64,000 nt of DNA from assembly GCF_009914755.1 (NCBI RefSeq), contig NC_060947.1; one strand, written 5' to 3'. The position numbers and the translations under genes were made by a program. The notes under the pieces were generated by a model, which was not told the DNA's origin, did no database searches, and saw only the letters and a list, made by a program, of their open reading frames with translations. This document shows positions 30,150 through 45,734 of the stretch, one piece after another; the first letter of the stretch is position 1, and the number at the start of each line of letters is the position of its first letter. The stretch comes from the human T2T-CHM13v2.0 reference genome, Homo sapiens.

Positions 30150-30335
30150 GTCCCTACCTATCATCTCATCTAATTCTCCCCCACAGTCTTGTGAGAAAGT
30201 TAATACCGCTGCCATTTTATAAATGTGGAAGTTGAGACTTGGAAAATGTGACTGTCTTGCCCAAAGAAAGAGAACTAATAACCTGTGTTTCTGGAACCTA
30301 ATCCTACATTGTCATGCGTCCAATCCTGTGTTCTT
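30150..30335 (-). mobile_element. MIR
   Basis: Antisense MIR core: ccattttataaatgtggaagttgagac...cttgcccaa. Confidence 0.65.
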
Positions 30336-30494
30336 ACCTCCATAACACACTTCATGCTAGTGTTATATCTATGCCTGACTGACACAGTTCAAATCTCCAA
30401 ACCAACCAAATTCCATTGAGGTGGCCATTTCTATAAAAGCTGTCCTTTGGAAAAAAAATTTATCCAAAACATCAGGACTCAAGAGTGTAACAGA

Positions 30495-31420
30495 AGGAGG
30501 GCTTGTTAAACCATCAGCTGCTGGACATAACCCCAAGAATTTCTAATTCAGTGGTTTTGGGGTGGGGGCCAAAAATTTGCTTTTCATTTTTTAAAGTTAG
30601 ATAAAATTCACACACCATAAAGTTTACTATTTAAAGTGTTCAATTATTTATAGAGTTGTGCAAGCATCATCCATTATTATCTAATTCCAGAACATTTGTA
30701 TCGCCACACAAGGAAACCCTGTACCTATTTGTGGTCACTTCCTATTCTCCCCTCCCCACCTCCAGCCCCTGGCAACCACTGATTGACTTTTTATGTCTAT
30801 AGATTTGACTACCCTGAACACTTCATAGAAAAGGTATCGTACATGTGGTTTTTTGTGTCTAGCTTCCTTCACTTAGCATAAGGTTTTCAAGATTATTCTC
30901 ATTTTAGTATGCATCAGTACCTCATTCCTTTTTATGGATGACTAATGTTCCATTGTATGGATATACTACATTTTGTTTATTCATTCATTAATTGATGAAT
31001 ATTTGTGTTATTTCAGTGGTTTGGTTTTTGTGAATAATGTCTCCATGAACATGTTTTCAATTCCTTTGGCTATCTACCTAGGAGTGAAGTTGCTGAGTCA
31101 TACGGTATCTCTATGTTCAACTTTTTGAGGAACTGCCAAACTGTTTTCCAAAACCAGCTGCATTATCTTACATTCCCATCAACACTGTATGAGTTCCAAT
31201 TTTTCCACATTCTCGTCAACACTTGTTATTGTCTGTCTTTTTGACTACTGTCATTCTAGTGGGTATGGAATAGCAACTCACTGTGGTTTTGATTCGCATG
31301 TCCTTAATGACTACTGATGTTGAACGTAGTTTTGCGGGTTGGTTGAGAATCTGTATTTGTAACAAGCTCCCAGGAGATGCTGATGCTACTTGTTCCTGGA
31401 CCACACTTTGAGAACCACTG
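30495..31420. mobile_element. MER5A split by an L1MB insertion
   Basis: Left part gggcttgttaaa...ggggtgggggccaaaaatttgc. Right part aacaagctcccaggagatgctgatgc...ggaccacactttgagaaccactg. Confidence 0.75.
30587..31326 (-). mobile_element. L1MB 3' fragment
   Basis: taattccagaacattt, ccagcccctggcaaccact, cattccattgtatgg-like, aactttttgaggaactgccaaactgttttcca. Confidence 0.88.
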
Positions 31421-31539
31421 ATCTAAAAATTACCACTTACTCCTAGCAAATAGAATATGCTGTGTATAATTGTTTTTGTAATCATAGTCATTATGGAGCT
31501 GTACTTTAGACATTGAATATAAAGGAAGAACTTATTCCA

Positions 31540-32860
31540 CAAGATTTATCGAGAACCTGAAAAGTGCAAGGCACTGTTATAGGCATCAGGAAATAAATTT
31601 TTTAACAACAGATACAAAGTGAGAGTTTACATTCAGGTGCGTGAAGATAGACAATAGATGATAAGTGAGCACCTAACCTTTCAAGTGGTGATACATGCTA
31701 TGAACAAAAATGAGAGAGGGTGTGGCTCTAGAGAGGGGACAGTGGGGAAAGGTAAGGTGACCAGAGAAGGCCTCTCTGATGAGGTGTTGTTTGATCAGGG
31801 ATTTGGAGGCAGTGAGAAAGCAAGACCTGCAGATTTAATGCACAAGAAGGTAAAAGCACAGTCTTTGGGACCAGGCCAAGCTCAATACTTAGGGCTGGCC
31901 CTCCACTCGTCCTTTGACCTAAAACAAATTACTTAACCACTCTGTGTCTCAGATTCCTAATCTATTCAATGGGAATAATAGTATTTCCCTCATAGGATTG
32001 TTATGAAGATTAAATGAGGTAGTATATGTAAAGCATTTAGAGAGATGTGTGGCACATAGTGTTACATAAGACGCGGATATATATGAGGCTAAGAAAGCTA
32101 AAACTTTAGTCCCTCTCACTTACATGGGCCTCTTCTGTGGCCTTCTATTAAATATTGTATACAAAGTACCATATTCTTTTCTAGAAAGAGAGCCTCCAAG
32201 TTGTCTAAGCTGTAGGCCCTACATAGCCTAGACCTGTACCTGATATTAACTGCTATTTATTCATCTCTGGGATAAATGATTCCAGACAAAGGGAGCAGGA
32301 GTGTAAAGGCCCAAAGGCTGGGAGAACATCAGGAAGACATTGTAACTGGACAAAAGTCAGGGAGGCACAAAGGGAGAGGATAAGGTGAGACCAAAAGGGA
32401 CAGTACTTGGGGGATGGGAATCGTAGGCATAGAGCAGGTCTTGGTAAAATACTTTGTAATTGTGAATTAGATTAGGAGACACTGGAGAGTTCTGAGAAGA
32501 GAGTCATGAACTGCTTTGCATTTTAATAGGATCATTTTGGCTGACCTTTAGAGACTAGATGATTAAGAAGGCAAAATTAGAAGGTGGAAAACTCATGGAG
32601 AAGCAGTAATCTACAGATGAGATAATGGTACCAAGGACTAAGGTAGAGATGGTACGATATTGATAGTTTATGTATATATTTTGATAATGGAACAGACAGA
32701 ACTTGTTGATGAATCATATGTGGGATTGAGAGAACTGTTAAGGATGATTGAAAGATTTGGTGTCTGAGGAACTGACAAGTGAGGATCAGGACTGGATGTA
32801 CATGTGCAGTGGAAATTAAGAGTTTGATGTTGAACATGTTAGTTTTGAGATGCCTATTTT
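31540..32860 (-). mobile_element. L2, interrupted by MIR (~31845-32060, +) and a probable hAT-Tip100 element (~32070-32240)
   Basis: L2 antisense motifs gaaggcctctctgatgaggtg and ttgaacatgttagttttgagatgcct. MIR core tgacctaaaacaaattacttaaccactctgtgtctcag. Confidence 0.7.
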
Positions 32861-32999
32861 ATCTGTAAGATTCTATTTTATTTCTATGATATATAGCCCT
32901 GATGGACATTTTTTGGAATCTCTACAGTTAGACTATTTTATAGTTATATGCCCATCATAAAATTCTATGCAGAATGTACCATATGGACTTTTGGTGCTA

Positions 33000-33351
33000 T
33001 AACACAGATGACTTTTATGGAAAATCAGACAAGGTAGGTCAGAGAATTTCTTTATGGCCAGCTCCAAGACAGGAAGGTGGGGAGAGATTAGAGTCCTGCC
33101 GGGGGGAAAAAAAGAGGAGGTGAAAAGAGGGTACGAGAAGGTCAGAAGGAGAGATTTTTTCTGAAGTCTGCTTCTGAGGCCTGCAGCACCCCAACATTAT
33201 AACCAAAGATGGTCTTTTATCTTTATTGCTCTGAAGCACTTCCAAAGCTGCTTCAGGAACCAAGGGCAAATGGCCAAATATTTTAACAAAAGGTATGCTT
33301 ATTGTTTTAAACACTTAGGAAATGACAAGAGTTATGAGCCAGGAACCATGG

Positions 33352-33414
<63 letters not shown>

Positions 33415-33425
33415 GTTATTACACC
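33000..33425 (-). mobile_element. ERV1 (MER4-group) LTR fragment
   Basis: ttctgaggcctgcagcaccccaacattataac and agttatgagccaggaaccatggacaaaaacc resemble MER4-group LTRs. Exact family uncertain. Confidence 0.6.
33362..33412. repeat. Pure (AC)~25 microsatellite
   Basis: Directly visible. Long and uninterrupted, so likely polymorphic. Confidence 0.98.
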
Positions 33426-33754
33426 CTCCATGGAACTATGATGGTTCTGTCCTTTTTATGTTACATGACATGGAAGGTTTCCATTTAAACTGTATTATCT
33501 AACTAGTAGATAATGCTAGCAATATTAGTAAAATTATTGTGTTCTCTGACTGTAAGGACTTGAGGACATGTTTCCTCATCTTCATAAACTACTGCCTGCC
33601 CCTATGCTTGACTATGGTAGGTGCTAAAGATGTTACATGAATGAAAGTTACAATAATCTGTAAAGAATGAGGTCTTTCTTTTGGGTATTTTATTTTTGTT
33701 TAGAAGGGATCTTATACTCATTAGGCACTGACTATCCATAACAGCTTAATACTG

Positions 33755-33930
33755 GACAGTGTAGTCAAAACACATGACTACAAGTTCCAAGTCCACCAAT
33801 TTTTGGCTTTATTAATTTGACAAGTCACTAATTATCTGAGCATTACTTATAAAATGGAATTAGTGGTATTTTTTCTATTTTACAGTGTTATACTTAGGAT
33901 TGGATAAGATAATATACAGAAAAACATGAT
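33755..33930 (+). mobile_element. MIR, diverged
   Basis: ttgacaagtcactaa...tataaaatggaatt...ggattggataagataata. Confidence 0.5.
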
Positions 33931-34571
33931 CTACAAAGTACCAAAAATTATATTAATATTTTGATCTAATCTAGAAAAATTTTGATTGATAGTGTCTACT
34001 GCTTAATCTGAGAATAACATACCTTGCTATAGTTTCCAAACACTTTTCATAGAGGATGTAAAATGGATTTTCAAAAATTACATTTCCTCAATATAAATTA
34101 CAATGGTTTGATCACTTAACATCAACTCTCATTAAAATATGATTCTCTTTGTAGGCTGAATTAGCTCTCTTTTGAGATTCATATGTAGAAAATAACCAAG
34201 TATAAAAAGGCTTGCTGCAAATGTCCTCTGATATTTGATTTTGAGTTTGACATTTCAATTCAATTATTCTGAATTTAAGGTGTCTTAAATCATTGAATAC
34301 ATTTTGCGGATAATATGTCCCTGTACCCTTGCATATTTTTCATAACCTCTTATACATTAGCCAAAATTAGAAAAAGAAATAATCCTCTTCCCTGCCTTAA
34401 GCTAAACTAGAATAGTTGGCACATTTAAACAACAAATGATGAGAAAAAAATGACATTGATAAAAGTTTCACTGAGTCATCATGAATCTCATTGGGTGAGC
34501 AATTCTATTGAGGGAGCATATATGAATTTTCATATACTTTAACACTTTAATTGTGCTAATATTTTAAGTAA

Positions 34572-34976
<405 letters not shown>

Positions 34977-35539
34977 TGAATGGGACTGAACCAACCAGTG
35001 CAGATCCCCAAGGGCAAAATTTGGGAGTACCTTGTGTCCATGTCTCTAGTTATATGGGGATAGAGAGACAAAATTGTGTTTAAAGGAGTTTCAGGCCTCA
35101 AGGCTAGAAAAATTGGCTTATCCAAATAGGTTCTCAAAGCAACATGAAATGAGATTTAGGAGATGCGTTTTGGAAATGGCCCTAAGAGCTAGGAAAGAAT
35201 GGAGTAAAGTATAATGGTTCCAAATTTGAATTTAAAAGGAAAATTAGAGACAATGTCTCTAGAGACTAGGGACTCTGTCTTGTTCACAGCTGTATTCTCT
35301 GTGAATAGTGCTTAGAACATAAATATTTCTTGGCTGGCAAAACACCGTTTACCAATTGTGTTTATTACATGCTTCTGCTAAGGTATTGTGTGAGCAAACC
35401 AGACACAATGAAAGGGCTCAGGAAAGAAAGAACAAGATCCTGGTATCAAAAACAGGTATATAAAGTGTGGCTCTTACCCTCCAGTAAAAGGCAATTAAGT
35501 CCCCCCATGGAACTCAGTTTCAACAAATCACTACTCATA

Positions 35540-35780
35540 TTGTGTGGGAGAGAAGGATCTCAGAGGATGCTTATAAAGTGACCTGAAGATGAGACAGGAA
35601 TGGAATCCCAGGCAGAAGCAAAGCAAAAGTATGTGCAAAGTCTTGGAGCTGTATAAAAGGATGGTTTGTTTGGAAAATCTCTCGCAGTTTAATATGAGGA
35701 TCATGAGAAATGACACTGGGGAAATAGACATGAATCAGACTATAAGGGTTTTCGTTGTTGTGCTAAGAAATTTGGGCTTG
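35540..35780 (-). mobile_element. L2 fragment
   Basis: ggaatcccaggcagaag...tgcaaagtcttggag...gctaagaaatttgggctt. Confidence 0.55.
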
Positions 35781-38700
35781 GTTAAGACTAAGCTTCAAAT
35801 AGTTAATTCTAGGATATTGACATGAAACTATAGCCCAGATATGTTAATCATGTTACAGGAAAGTTTAGCTTGTTAGCAAAAGTATAATACTGACCTAAAA
35901 GAGCATACTTAAGTCCTGAAAGTGGAGAGCCTTGTCTAAGGAGGAGAGAAACAAATATATATAGTCAGAAGCAGTGATAAAACAGAAACTTTTCCCCTAC
36001 CACCCCAACAGTATTTAGTTAAAATATATTTTATATCAGCCTCTAGGGCCATTATGTCCCAATATGCATCCCCTCTAGTTTTATTATATAAGTTTATTAA
36101 TAACCTCTTATGTATTTATGATTGTAGTTAATATACAAAGAGAACTAAATTTATGGTAGTTCAGTTTTAGGTATTGCTTATATGATTTTTTCCATAATGC
36201 TGTCAACCCGTGGGACACCTGATGACATTCTTTTTCAAGAACCAACATCACAACTAAGTTTGTATGTGACCTTAAAGTAGCAGAAGGAGCTGGTCATGAG
36301 ATGAAAAGAAATGCTATTCTACTTCTATTAGATTATTCTCAAGGACTGATAAATACTTTGGATTCTAGGTATCCTTGGTGCAAATGATTTAATGAACATG
36401 TGCCATGAAGAAAAATAAGATTATAGAGAATGAAATTAAATCCGTGCTCTACCTGACTTAAAAGTGTGCATATTATTTCTCTCTTCCAAAATATCTAGCA
36501 TCCTTATATAAAGAAAGAAGTCCCTACATAATCATTCCTTTCCCAACCATCACATTCAAATTATCAAATATAAACTCTGTTTTCAGTTTGGAGAAAGAAG
36601 ATATAGTTGCTGGCAAAATTTGGGGGTGTGAGTCGGGAATTAGAGGCAGAAAAGGCAAGGGATGTAACAGAAAAGCTTTATGAATATATCTTTCTGTGCC
36701 AAAGGAAATGGAACACATCTTGCATGAAACAAAATGTGACTTGTTAGGCAGCCTAAGATCTTATCAAAGGAGTGGAAAATATCACCCACTGCTGACTGGC
36801 TAGTAAAAGGGAATTGTGCTCAAATGGGTCAAGACTCACTTCTCAATGTCCACAAGCTTTTTTTCCTCCTTATTTCCTCTGTAAATGCTGTTTTTTTGTT
36901 TTTGTTTTTTTTTTTTTTTGGCATGCAAAGGGACACACACACACTGAACACACTGACACACACAATGTTATGCAGAGAGTTTCCTCCCAGATCTATTCAT
37001 GGTTTAAAGCCCCCCACCTCCCTTTACCTGTAATAAATATCTGTTGGCTTTGATGTTCACTGTCAGGGATAAAACAAATTCACAAATATTTGGTACACGC
37101 TGCTCCTGTATGTGACATTGAACAAAATGTTGATCATTAATAAATGGTGGGGGAAAAACTCAAAGACTAATAAATGTCATTGTTTCTGATGAAGTAGAAC
37201 ACAAGAAGGTAAATACCCACAACTACCCCCCTGCTAAGGTACAAATATCAGTAAAAAATGTGTATATTTGAAGTATTTGGTCTATTACAATTCTTCAGAT
37301 ATAAAACAAGCACTATAAGCATTATGGTGGTGTTGATTTTAAAATTCCAACTTCACAAATTCTTCCAGAAGTACCTTATGAATAAAATAATGTAATATTC
37401 AGATGACACATATATACACATATGCACACATGCACATGCATGTATGTAGTAGGTATCAATAGATGATAGATGGGTAGATAGATATTCTTCTCTCTACCTT
37501 GCTGCATTCAAGTGGCTGTCATATAATATAAATCGTATTTAGTATGTATTTTTTTTTAACTTGGGGGGTTCTGGATATTTTGACCCACATTCATATTTTT
37601 AACCACGGTGTTGAAAATTCTCTAAGTGATCTTACTGTTCCACACCTTATTACATTAATCCCCTATAAGGCACTTTCCCAAGGAGTCCCTGAACACTTCT
37701 GGGAGAATTATAGGCAGCCCATGCTACTCTGAGCACATTTAAAACATAGAAACTTATTTACATGGGCCTAAATCTACCTCTAGAACACCTGGGTTTATTC
37801 TACCTAGGGCTCACTTCAGAAATGGTATGTTTTTCAAAAATGACAAATCATGAAGTCTCCAGTATGATTTATATTTCAAATCCATCTCTTGAGAAAATTC
37901 TGGTTAATAGTGACTGACTAGAGTGTTAGGAACAATTCCAAGGTGTTTTCAATCTCATCAGGAAAAAGAGCTGCTGTGATCCATTAGTGATGCCTGCTAT
38001 GGGCAGGGTGTAGGACTAGCCAAGTTTTGAGTCTATTTCTTCTTTCCCATAAAACTCCCTTAAACATGTGCAAATAGGATCCATGTTTCATCTAAGGAAT
38101 GTATTCTACCCAAATCTGAACTCTTTTCAGCTACCTCACAACACATGGGCTGGCATTCTCTGTAGCCTTTGGCATGATGTAGCTTGTCCTATGAATATCC
38201 TTGTAGCCATCGCCTCCACCATAAAGCACAGAGCTAATCTAATCTATGTTTGCAGTAATTCCATAGAAAAATCTTTATTTCAGGATCACAAGTGAAGCTT
38301 GAATACTTCTTAAAAGTTCCTCTGAGCTCATATGTATGTGCAATTAAGTGTACTGAAAGCAAAACGTTATCTTGTCATTTGACTGCTAAGAGAGCTTGCC
38401 ATAAACATCAAAAACAGCTTAACAATGCATTCTTATTTTTTATTCTGCTTTTAAAGGGCATTGCTAAAAGTCAACTCCATGGTCTGGTTCTACCTTGAAG
38501 ATTTTGTATCTTTCTATGTCTCTGTGGACATAGTTAAGGATATACCGATGACTCTAGTAGTGAGTGCAACAGCACAGTTGACACACACACAAAAACTGCT
38601 TACATTTTTAAAATGGAAATCCAGTCATAGAAATATCACAGCACAACCTCTCAACGCTACCCCTTGCCAAGAGGCTGTGAAAGAAAAAGGATTTTTTTTT

Positions 38701-39441
38701 TTTTTTTTTTTTTGGAATTTTGGGTGATGCTCTTTTAAGAGCTAGTGGGACAAAGTGGAATATGTTACCACTTTTGGTTCTACTTGAGACCAAATTCCAT
38801 GTGCCCTCATATAATGTACTTCCAGGATAGCCCTGCTTCAATAAATAGAACATCAAATATTATACTTTGAATTACAAATACATCAATGTAAAATGATTTC
38901 AATTTTGAATATCCTCCATTCATGCTACATGACTGGTTAAGCAAAACTGTGCTGACATCATGACAGACAATTCCACTCACATTTTAGTTTTGAATTTCTG
39001 GTATATTTATGATTCTAGCTTTTCATTTTATATGCTGGGTTATCTTGTATCAACAATGTATATAAAACTGTTCATGTTTCCTATTATGACAGCTGCACCA
39101 AGTCCATGTCTCAGAGCTGTATATCAAAGTGGCAAACATAATAACACAACACAGATCTGTTTTGACACTAATATGGATTTCATGCTTATTTCACATCCCC
39201 TTGGCCAAACATTCAAAAACATTGTAGTTCCCAGTAAATAACATTCCAGAAACAAAATCCAGATGCTGTGTCTATTATTTCAAGCACACATTATCAGATA
39301 CAAGAATGCACAATGCTTTTCTACAATTTACTTTTCATTTTGTATCCTGTTTTTAGTGCTAAAGCACTTCATTCCCCAAATTCTAAATATTACTGAAGGT
39401 GAAATAAGAGCCTTTAGAGGGTTCTCTTACTTTAAAAAAAA

Positions 39442-40855
<1,414 letters not shown>

Positions 40856-40919
40856 ATTCTAATACTTTTAAAGCAAAAATATAATGATTTTGTCAGCACA
40901 TTGATAGATTTTTTTTTCT

Positions 40920-41120
40920 AGCTTTCTATGTGCTGGGCACCTATTTCTGCACTATTGTTTAAGTTTTGCAATGACCCTATTAGGTAGATTATATTATTAC
41001 TCCCCGTCACCAGTGAGAAAAATTGAAGCTCATAGAGGTTAAATAATGTGGCCAAGATTCAAAATTTGTAAGAGTATAGTCAGAATTTGAACCCAGGAAG
41101 TCAGGTTTTAGTGCCTATTG
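40920..41120 (-). mobile_element. MIR
   Basis: tatgtgctgggcac...gagaaaaattgaagctcatagaggttaaataatgtggccaag...gaatttgaacccagg. Confidence 0.75.
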
Positions 41121-41168
41121 TTATCAACATATCATGCTGCCCTGTACATAAAAATTATAATGAAGGTG

Positions 41169-41449
41169 GGCCAGGTGCGGTGGCTCATGCCTGTAATCCC
41201 AGCACTTTGGGAGGCCGAGGCAGGCAGATCACGAGGTCAGGAGATGGAGACCATCCTGGCTAACACGGTGAAACCCCATCTCTACTAAAAATACAAAAAC
41301 AAAATTAGCCAGGCGTGGTGGCGGGCACCTGTAGTCCCAGCTACTCAGGAGGCTGAGGTGGAAGAATCGCGTGAACCCGGGATGGGGAGCTTGCATTGAG
41401 CCGAGTTCGCGCCACTGCACTCCAGCCTCAGCGATAGAGACTGCATCTC

Positions 41450-41466
<17 letters not shown>
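41169..41466 (+). mobile_element. AluY
   Basis: Y diagnostics accatcctggctaacacggtg, tagtcccag, cgtgaacccgg, gagcttgca. Partial TSD gaaggtg (41162-41168, 41525-41531). Confidence 0.96.
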
Positions 41467-41510
<44 letters not shown>

Positions 41511-41516
41511 TATATA
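41467..41516. repeat. (TA)n(CA)n microsatellite grown from the AluY tail
   Basis: Directly visible. Confidence 0.95.
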
Positions 41517-41559
41517 GACGGAGAGAAGGTGAAGAGTTGAGTAAATTACTAAAGTTTCT

Positions 41560-41770
41560 TAAGCCCCTAGTATGTATCAGGAATTATGACAGGCAATTAA
41601 CATCAATAATCTTACTTAGTCTTCACAACAGCTTTATTTGTTAGAAACCAACATTACCCCATTTTGTAAATACAACTCATAAGGTTAAGCAAACAAGCAA
41701 TAAAATTAGGAAAGTAAGAAGACATTAGTTACACCCCTGGTAAGGGAAAAAGCTGGATATAAACTCCTAT
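41560..41770 (-). mobile_element. MIR, diverged
   Basis: cttacttagtcttcacaac...ccccattttgtaaat...aaggttaagcaa. Confidence 0.5.
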
Positions 41771-42899
41771 CTACTTGCATCTGAACTAGACTAGACTTTC
41801 TGTATTTATATCATCTCTATTCTAAAACAGAACCTAACCTTAATAAAGTGGTTGACTAAATTGACTTACCTATTTTCTCACTTCCATGATATTTATGTAT
41901 TGAAAGTACAAGAAGCTAAAGGTCTTTGGATGAAACAGAACATAGCACTGTGTTTACAACAGCTTTAAGCCACATTCAAAACACTTTAGCGTCATCTCGT
42001 GTTATTTATTTATTTATATTATTTTTGCAAATTGAGTGGCATTGTTAGCACTTTGAAAGGCAGAAAATATAGCTGCATATTATATCATAAGAATAGACAA
42101 TTATAAAAAGAGTGTAAGATGAAGTACCTTTACATGAGCTGTAATTGCAGCTGGTAATTAAACTGAAGTGTTTCATTTTCTCAGTCAGCTCATCAGTGAC
42201 ACCAGAAAATAAACAATTTGAAAGTGAAATCCTTAGGGGCCAACAATAGTAATTAATTGCATTTTCCAGGGAAGAAGCGTTCCTAAAGTCTGTTTGGGGT
42301 GACCTCTTGAGTAATATACACAGTGATTTACACTGTGAGCAGAAGTGTGGGGTTCAGAACCAAATCTGATTTAACTTGAATATTCATGAAGTCTCCAGTA
42401 TGATTCATACTTCCATTTCCATTGTCAAGTTTATTGTCTCCTAGGTTAACAATGAAAGCAAATTTATATTCTGAATAATTCACATAACACAATGAGATGA
42501 TCAGCATGGAAAAACTTTACCAGGCCAGTAACACATAAAGTGAGGCTGCTATTAATCCCTTCCAACTTGGAATCTCCTCAAGTATCAAGAGCATTGTTTT
42601 AGAGATACTTGGGAGCTGAAAAGAAAATATTTATGTGTGTAAATTTGGATCCATATCTCATAAGCCTATTGGATTAAAATCATAACATTCAGGCAGTCTA
42701 GTTTGCCACTGTTCATTTTCACAGAGAAGAGCTTTGTTTGAGATTTGTGCACATCTTTTTAGCTATTCTGATCACAGGGAACAAACTGCCATGACTTATA
42801 CTCTAATTTCTCTTCTTGTTTTTACTTATGATATGAACATGGCCCTTGGACTCAGATAGGCATAGGTATAGAATCCAGCCCCACTTCTTACTAACACCT

Positions 42900-43364
42900 T
42901 GTGTTAGTTAGCTCATACCAGATAACAAAGAACCTTAAAACTTGCTTTAAAACACTAACCCTTTATTTAGATTATCATTCTACAGGAAGACAATTTGGGG
43001 TGGGCTCAGCCAGGTGGTTCTTCTGGTTTAGGCCAGGCTCATTTGGTCTCAGCTGGGGCTCAATTATACACCTGCAGGTGACTGCCAGATTGGGTAGGTA
43101 GGCTGATCTATGGAGGCTTCAGCTGGCATGGCTTGCCTCTGCTTCCTGTATCTTCCATTTTCCAGCATTGCAGCCTGAGCTTTTCCAAATGATGGTGTGG
43201 CAGTGATCAGTAAGAGAAGGTAAATCCAAATATGCAAGTCTCTGCTATTGTTCCATTGGCAAAATGGCCAAGCCCAGAGACAGACTGAAGGGTACTGTCA
43301 AGAAATAATAGTGATACTAAAACCCATGAAAAAATCGGGGGCCATTATTACAACAATCAACTAC
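42900..43364 (-). mobile_element. Old MLT1 (G/H-like) LTR inserted into a MIR (~42840-42899 and ~43380-43515)
   Basis: tgtgttagttagc start, caatttggggtgggctcagccaggtggttcttctgg, atggccaagcccaga, ggggccatt...caatcaactaca end. Confidence 0.7.
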
Positions 43365-43802
43365 ATATATGTATAAGAAACTATGAGCCAGTTTCTTAAT
43401 CCCTCAGGCCCAGTTGCTGCTCATCTCATAGAGTTGTTGTGGAGATTAAAATTAACTCATATATGTAAACCAATGGGTCAATCACCTGGCACATTGGAGA
43501 CACATAATAAATGTTGGCCCTCTTTTCTCTGACAGATATTTATGCACTCCCATTTATTGGTTATACAAAGCAAATATTCTAATATGAGAACAACCTGTTA
43601 ATGATATGTCATCCCACTGACCTCTATAGTTATTCAGTTATCCGGCTAGTGAGGTTAGTGTCTCCTTCCTTAACAATTTCATATTAATCTGCTGAAGCTA
43701 TGCATTAACCTGGAGGATCAACTTCTGCACAGAAGTATATTCCTAAAATTACGTATTATGCATGTATGTTTGCATAATATACTTCCATAAAAGCTGAAAC
43801 TT

Positions 43803-44150
43803 GGCTGGGCACAGTGGCTCACACCTGTAATTCTAGCACTTTGGGAGGCTCACGCCTGTAATTCCAGCACTTTGGGAGAGGATCACTTGAGGCCAGGGGT
43901 TCAAGACCAACCTGGCCAACACAGGGAGAATTTGTCTCTACAAAAATATTTTTTTTAAAAATTAGCCAAACATGGCGGTGCTGCCTGTAGTTCCACCTAC
44001 TCAGGGGGCTGAGGCAGGAGGATCACTTGAGCCCAGAAGTTCAAGGTTGCAGTGAGTTGTGATCACGCCGCACCACTGCACTCTAACCTGGGTGGCAGAG
44101 TGAGCCTCTGTCTCAGAAACAAAACAAACAAATGAAAACAAAACAAAAAC
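43803..44150 (+). mobile_element. AluJ with internal 31-nt tandem duplication
   Basis: J diagnostics gaggatcacttgagcccag and ttcaaggttgcagtgag. Duplicated ggctcacrcctgtaattcyagcactttggga. Confidence 0.95.
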
Positions 44151-45734
44151 TAAACTTTTATTGAGCCATTGATTTAGCTATTTTTAAAACTTCCTTACAA
44201 TGTACAATCAGAGGCAAATCTGTGTTAATAAAGCCTATATGTTGCACTGGGGGGTCGCAGGCTAGAAGAGGTCATAACGGTTTAAAATTTCCAAAGTGTC
44301 GATTATGGCCATTGAAGAGGCTGAGTCATCTTAAAGTCGGCTTGACATTACAATCAAATAATCAGAAAAGCCCGTAAATTGAATTCTACTTTGGCCTGAT
44401 TGTCTTAAAAGCTGGCTCTGATATTAACGGACGGATGTTCACATCTTTAATTTGGATCAGGGCCACTGACACAATAGAGTAGATGAGCCTCCATAATTTT
44501 CAAGTGAACACATGCTTTTCCCCATTGATCTGTGGATAATAGATCATTCTATTGGCTCCCCTGCAGCATTTAAATACAGTCTGCCTAATTCAAAATTGGT
44601 CAGTAAATGTAATACTAAACTGCCTTGACCTGAAGACGATAGAAATGAAAACCCATTTTAAAAAATCCCAGGAAATCACTGTACTTGTCATATCTACTGC
44701 ATGAAATAAAAAATATATTTCACCAAAATACACTTCTACCTCTATTATTTTATAGATTATTAAAACAGTGCAGAACATACAAGGATTAATATAATGTGCA
44801 AAGAGATCTTATATATATGGCCAGGGTCTTTCATGACTGACAGAACCTCTCTGATGTTTGCTGACTTTTTAGCCAAAAAGAAAGAGAACATTTGGTTAAC
44901 ACAGGCTCAGAGATAGATAGAATTATAATAATACCTGACAGCCCTTTGATACTTGGTAGTTTTATGGTGCAGGGAAGGGAAAGATTTTGAAGACTTCATT
45001 GGGATCAAATGTTAATAAGGAACAAGGTGAAACATGCCTGTAAAAATAATATTGATTATATCACAATATTCTCTATCATTCCAATGAATAATCCAATAAC
45101 CAATGAATTCCTAATAGCAACATTAATAGGGTGATTACCGTTTTGTGAACATTTATTAAAGAAGAAGAATTTTAAAATAAAGCTATCCATGAATTTGCTG
45201 TTATGTCTTAAAATACTACATAAACACCACAAGGTGTCTGAGGTGTGCCCTATATTAATTTTATGTTTGTTTGGTAACTCCAGTCATGGTCTCTATAGCC
45301 AAAGTCATTCTTCAAATATACAGTTATTTGAACTACTCAATTGAAGGGAAAATCTGGGGTGACAGATAACAATGCTTTACAGAGTACATGTATATTTAAT
45401 CATAGAAGCTCAAGTATATAGGAAAATAAAATGTTAGTTACAAAATGTTTATTTGATAATTACACATCATGACAAAGAATATTATAGGAAGTAAATTCAA
45501 AATTTAAATATATTCATACAGCCAAGATATGATCCATATTTATTATGTTGTCATGTTTTGCTTTATAATCTATCGTCTGTTTATGTGCTAGTTTGTTTAA
45601 GTAAAAATATTATCTTCATTTTAAAAAAGCTGAGCATGTAAAAAGGCCAAAATTCGGGGTTTTGGCTATACTTGAATAGACTGCATTTGATTTTCTTTTT
45701 GCAAGCTATACCCTTGATGACAGTTAAACTGAAC

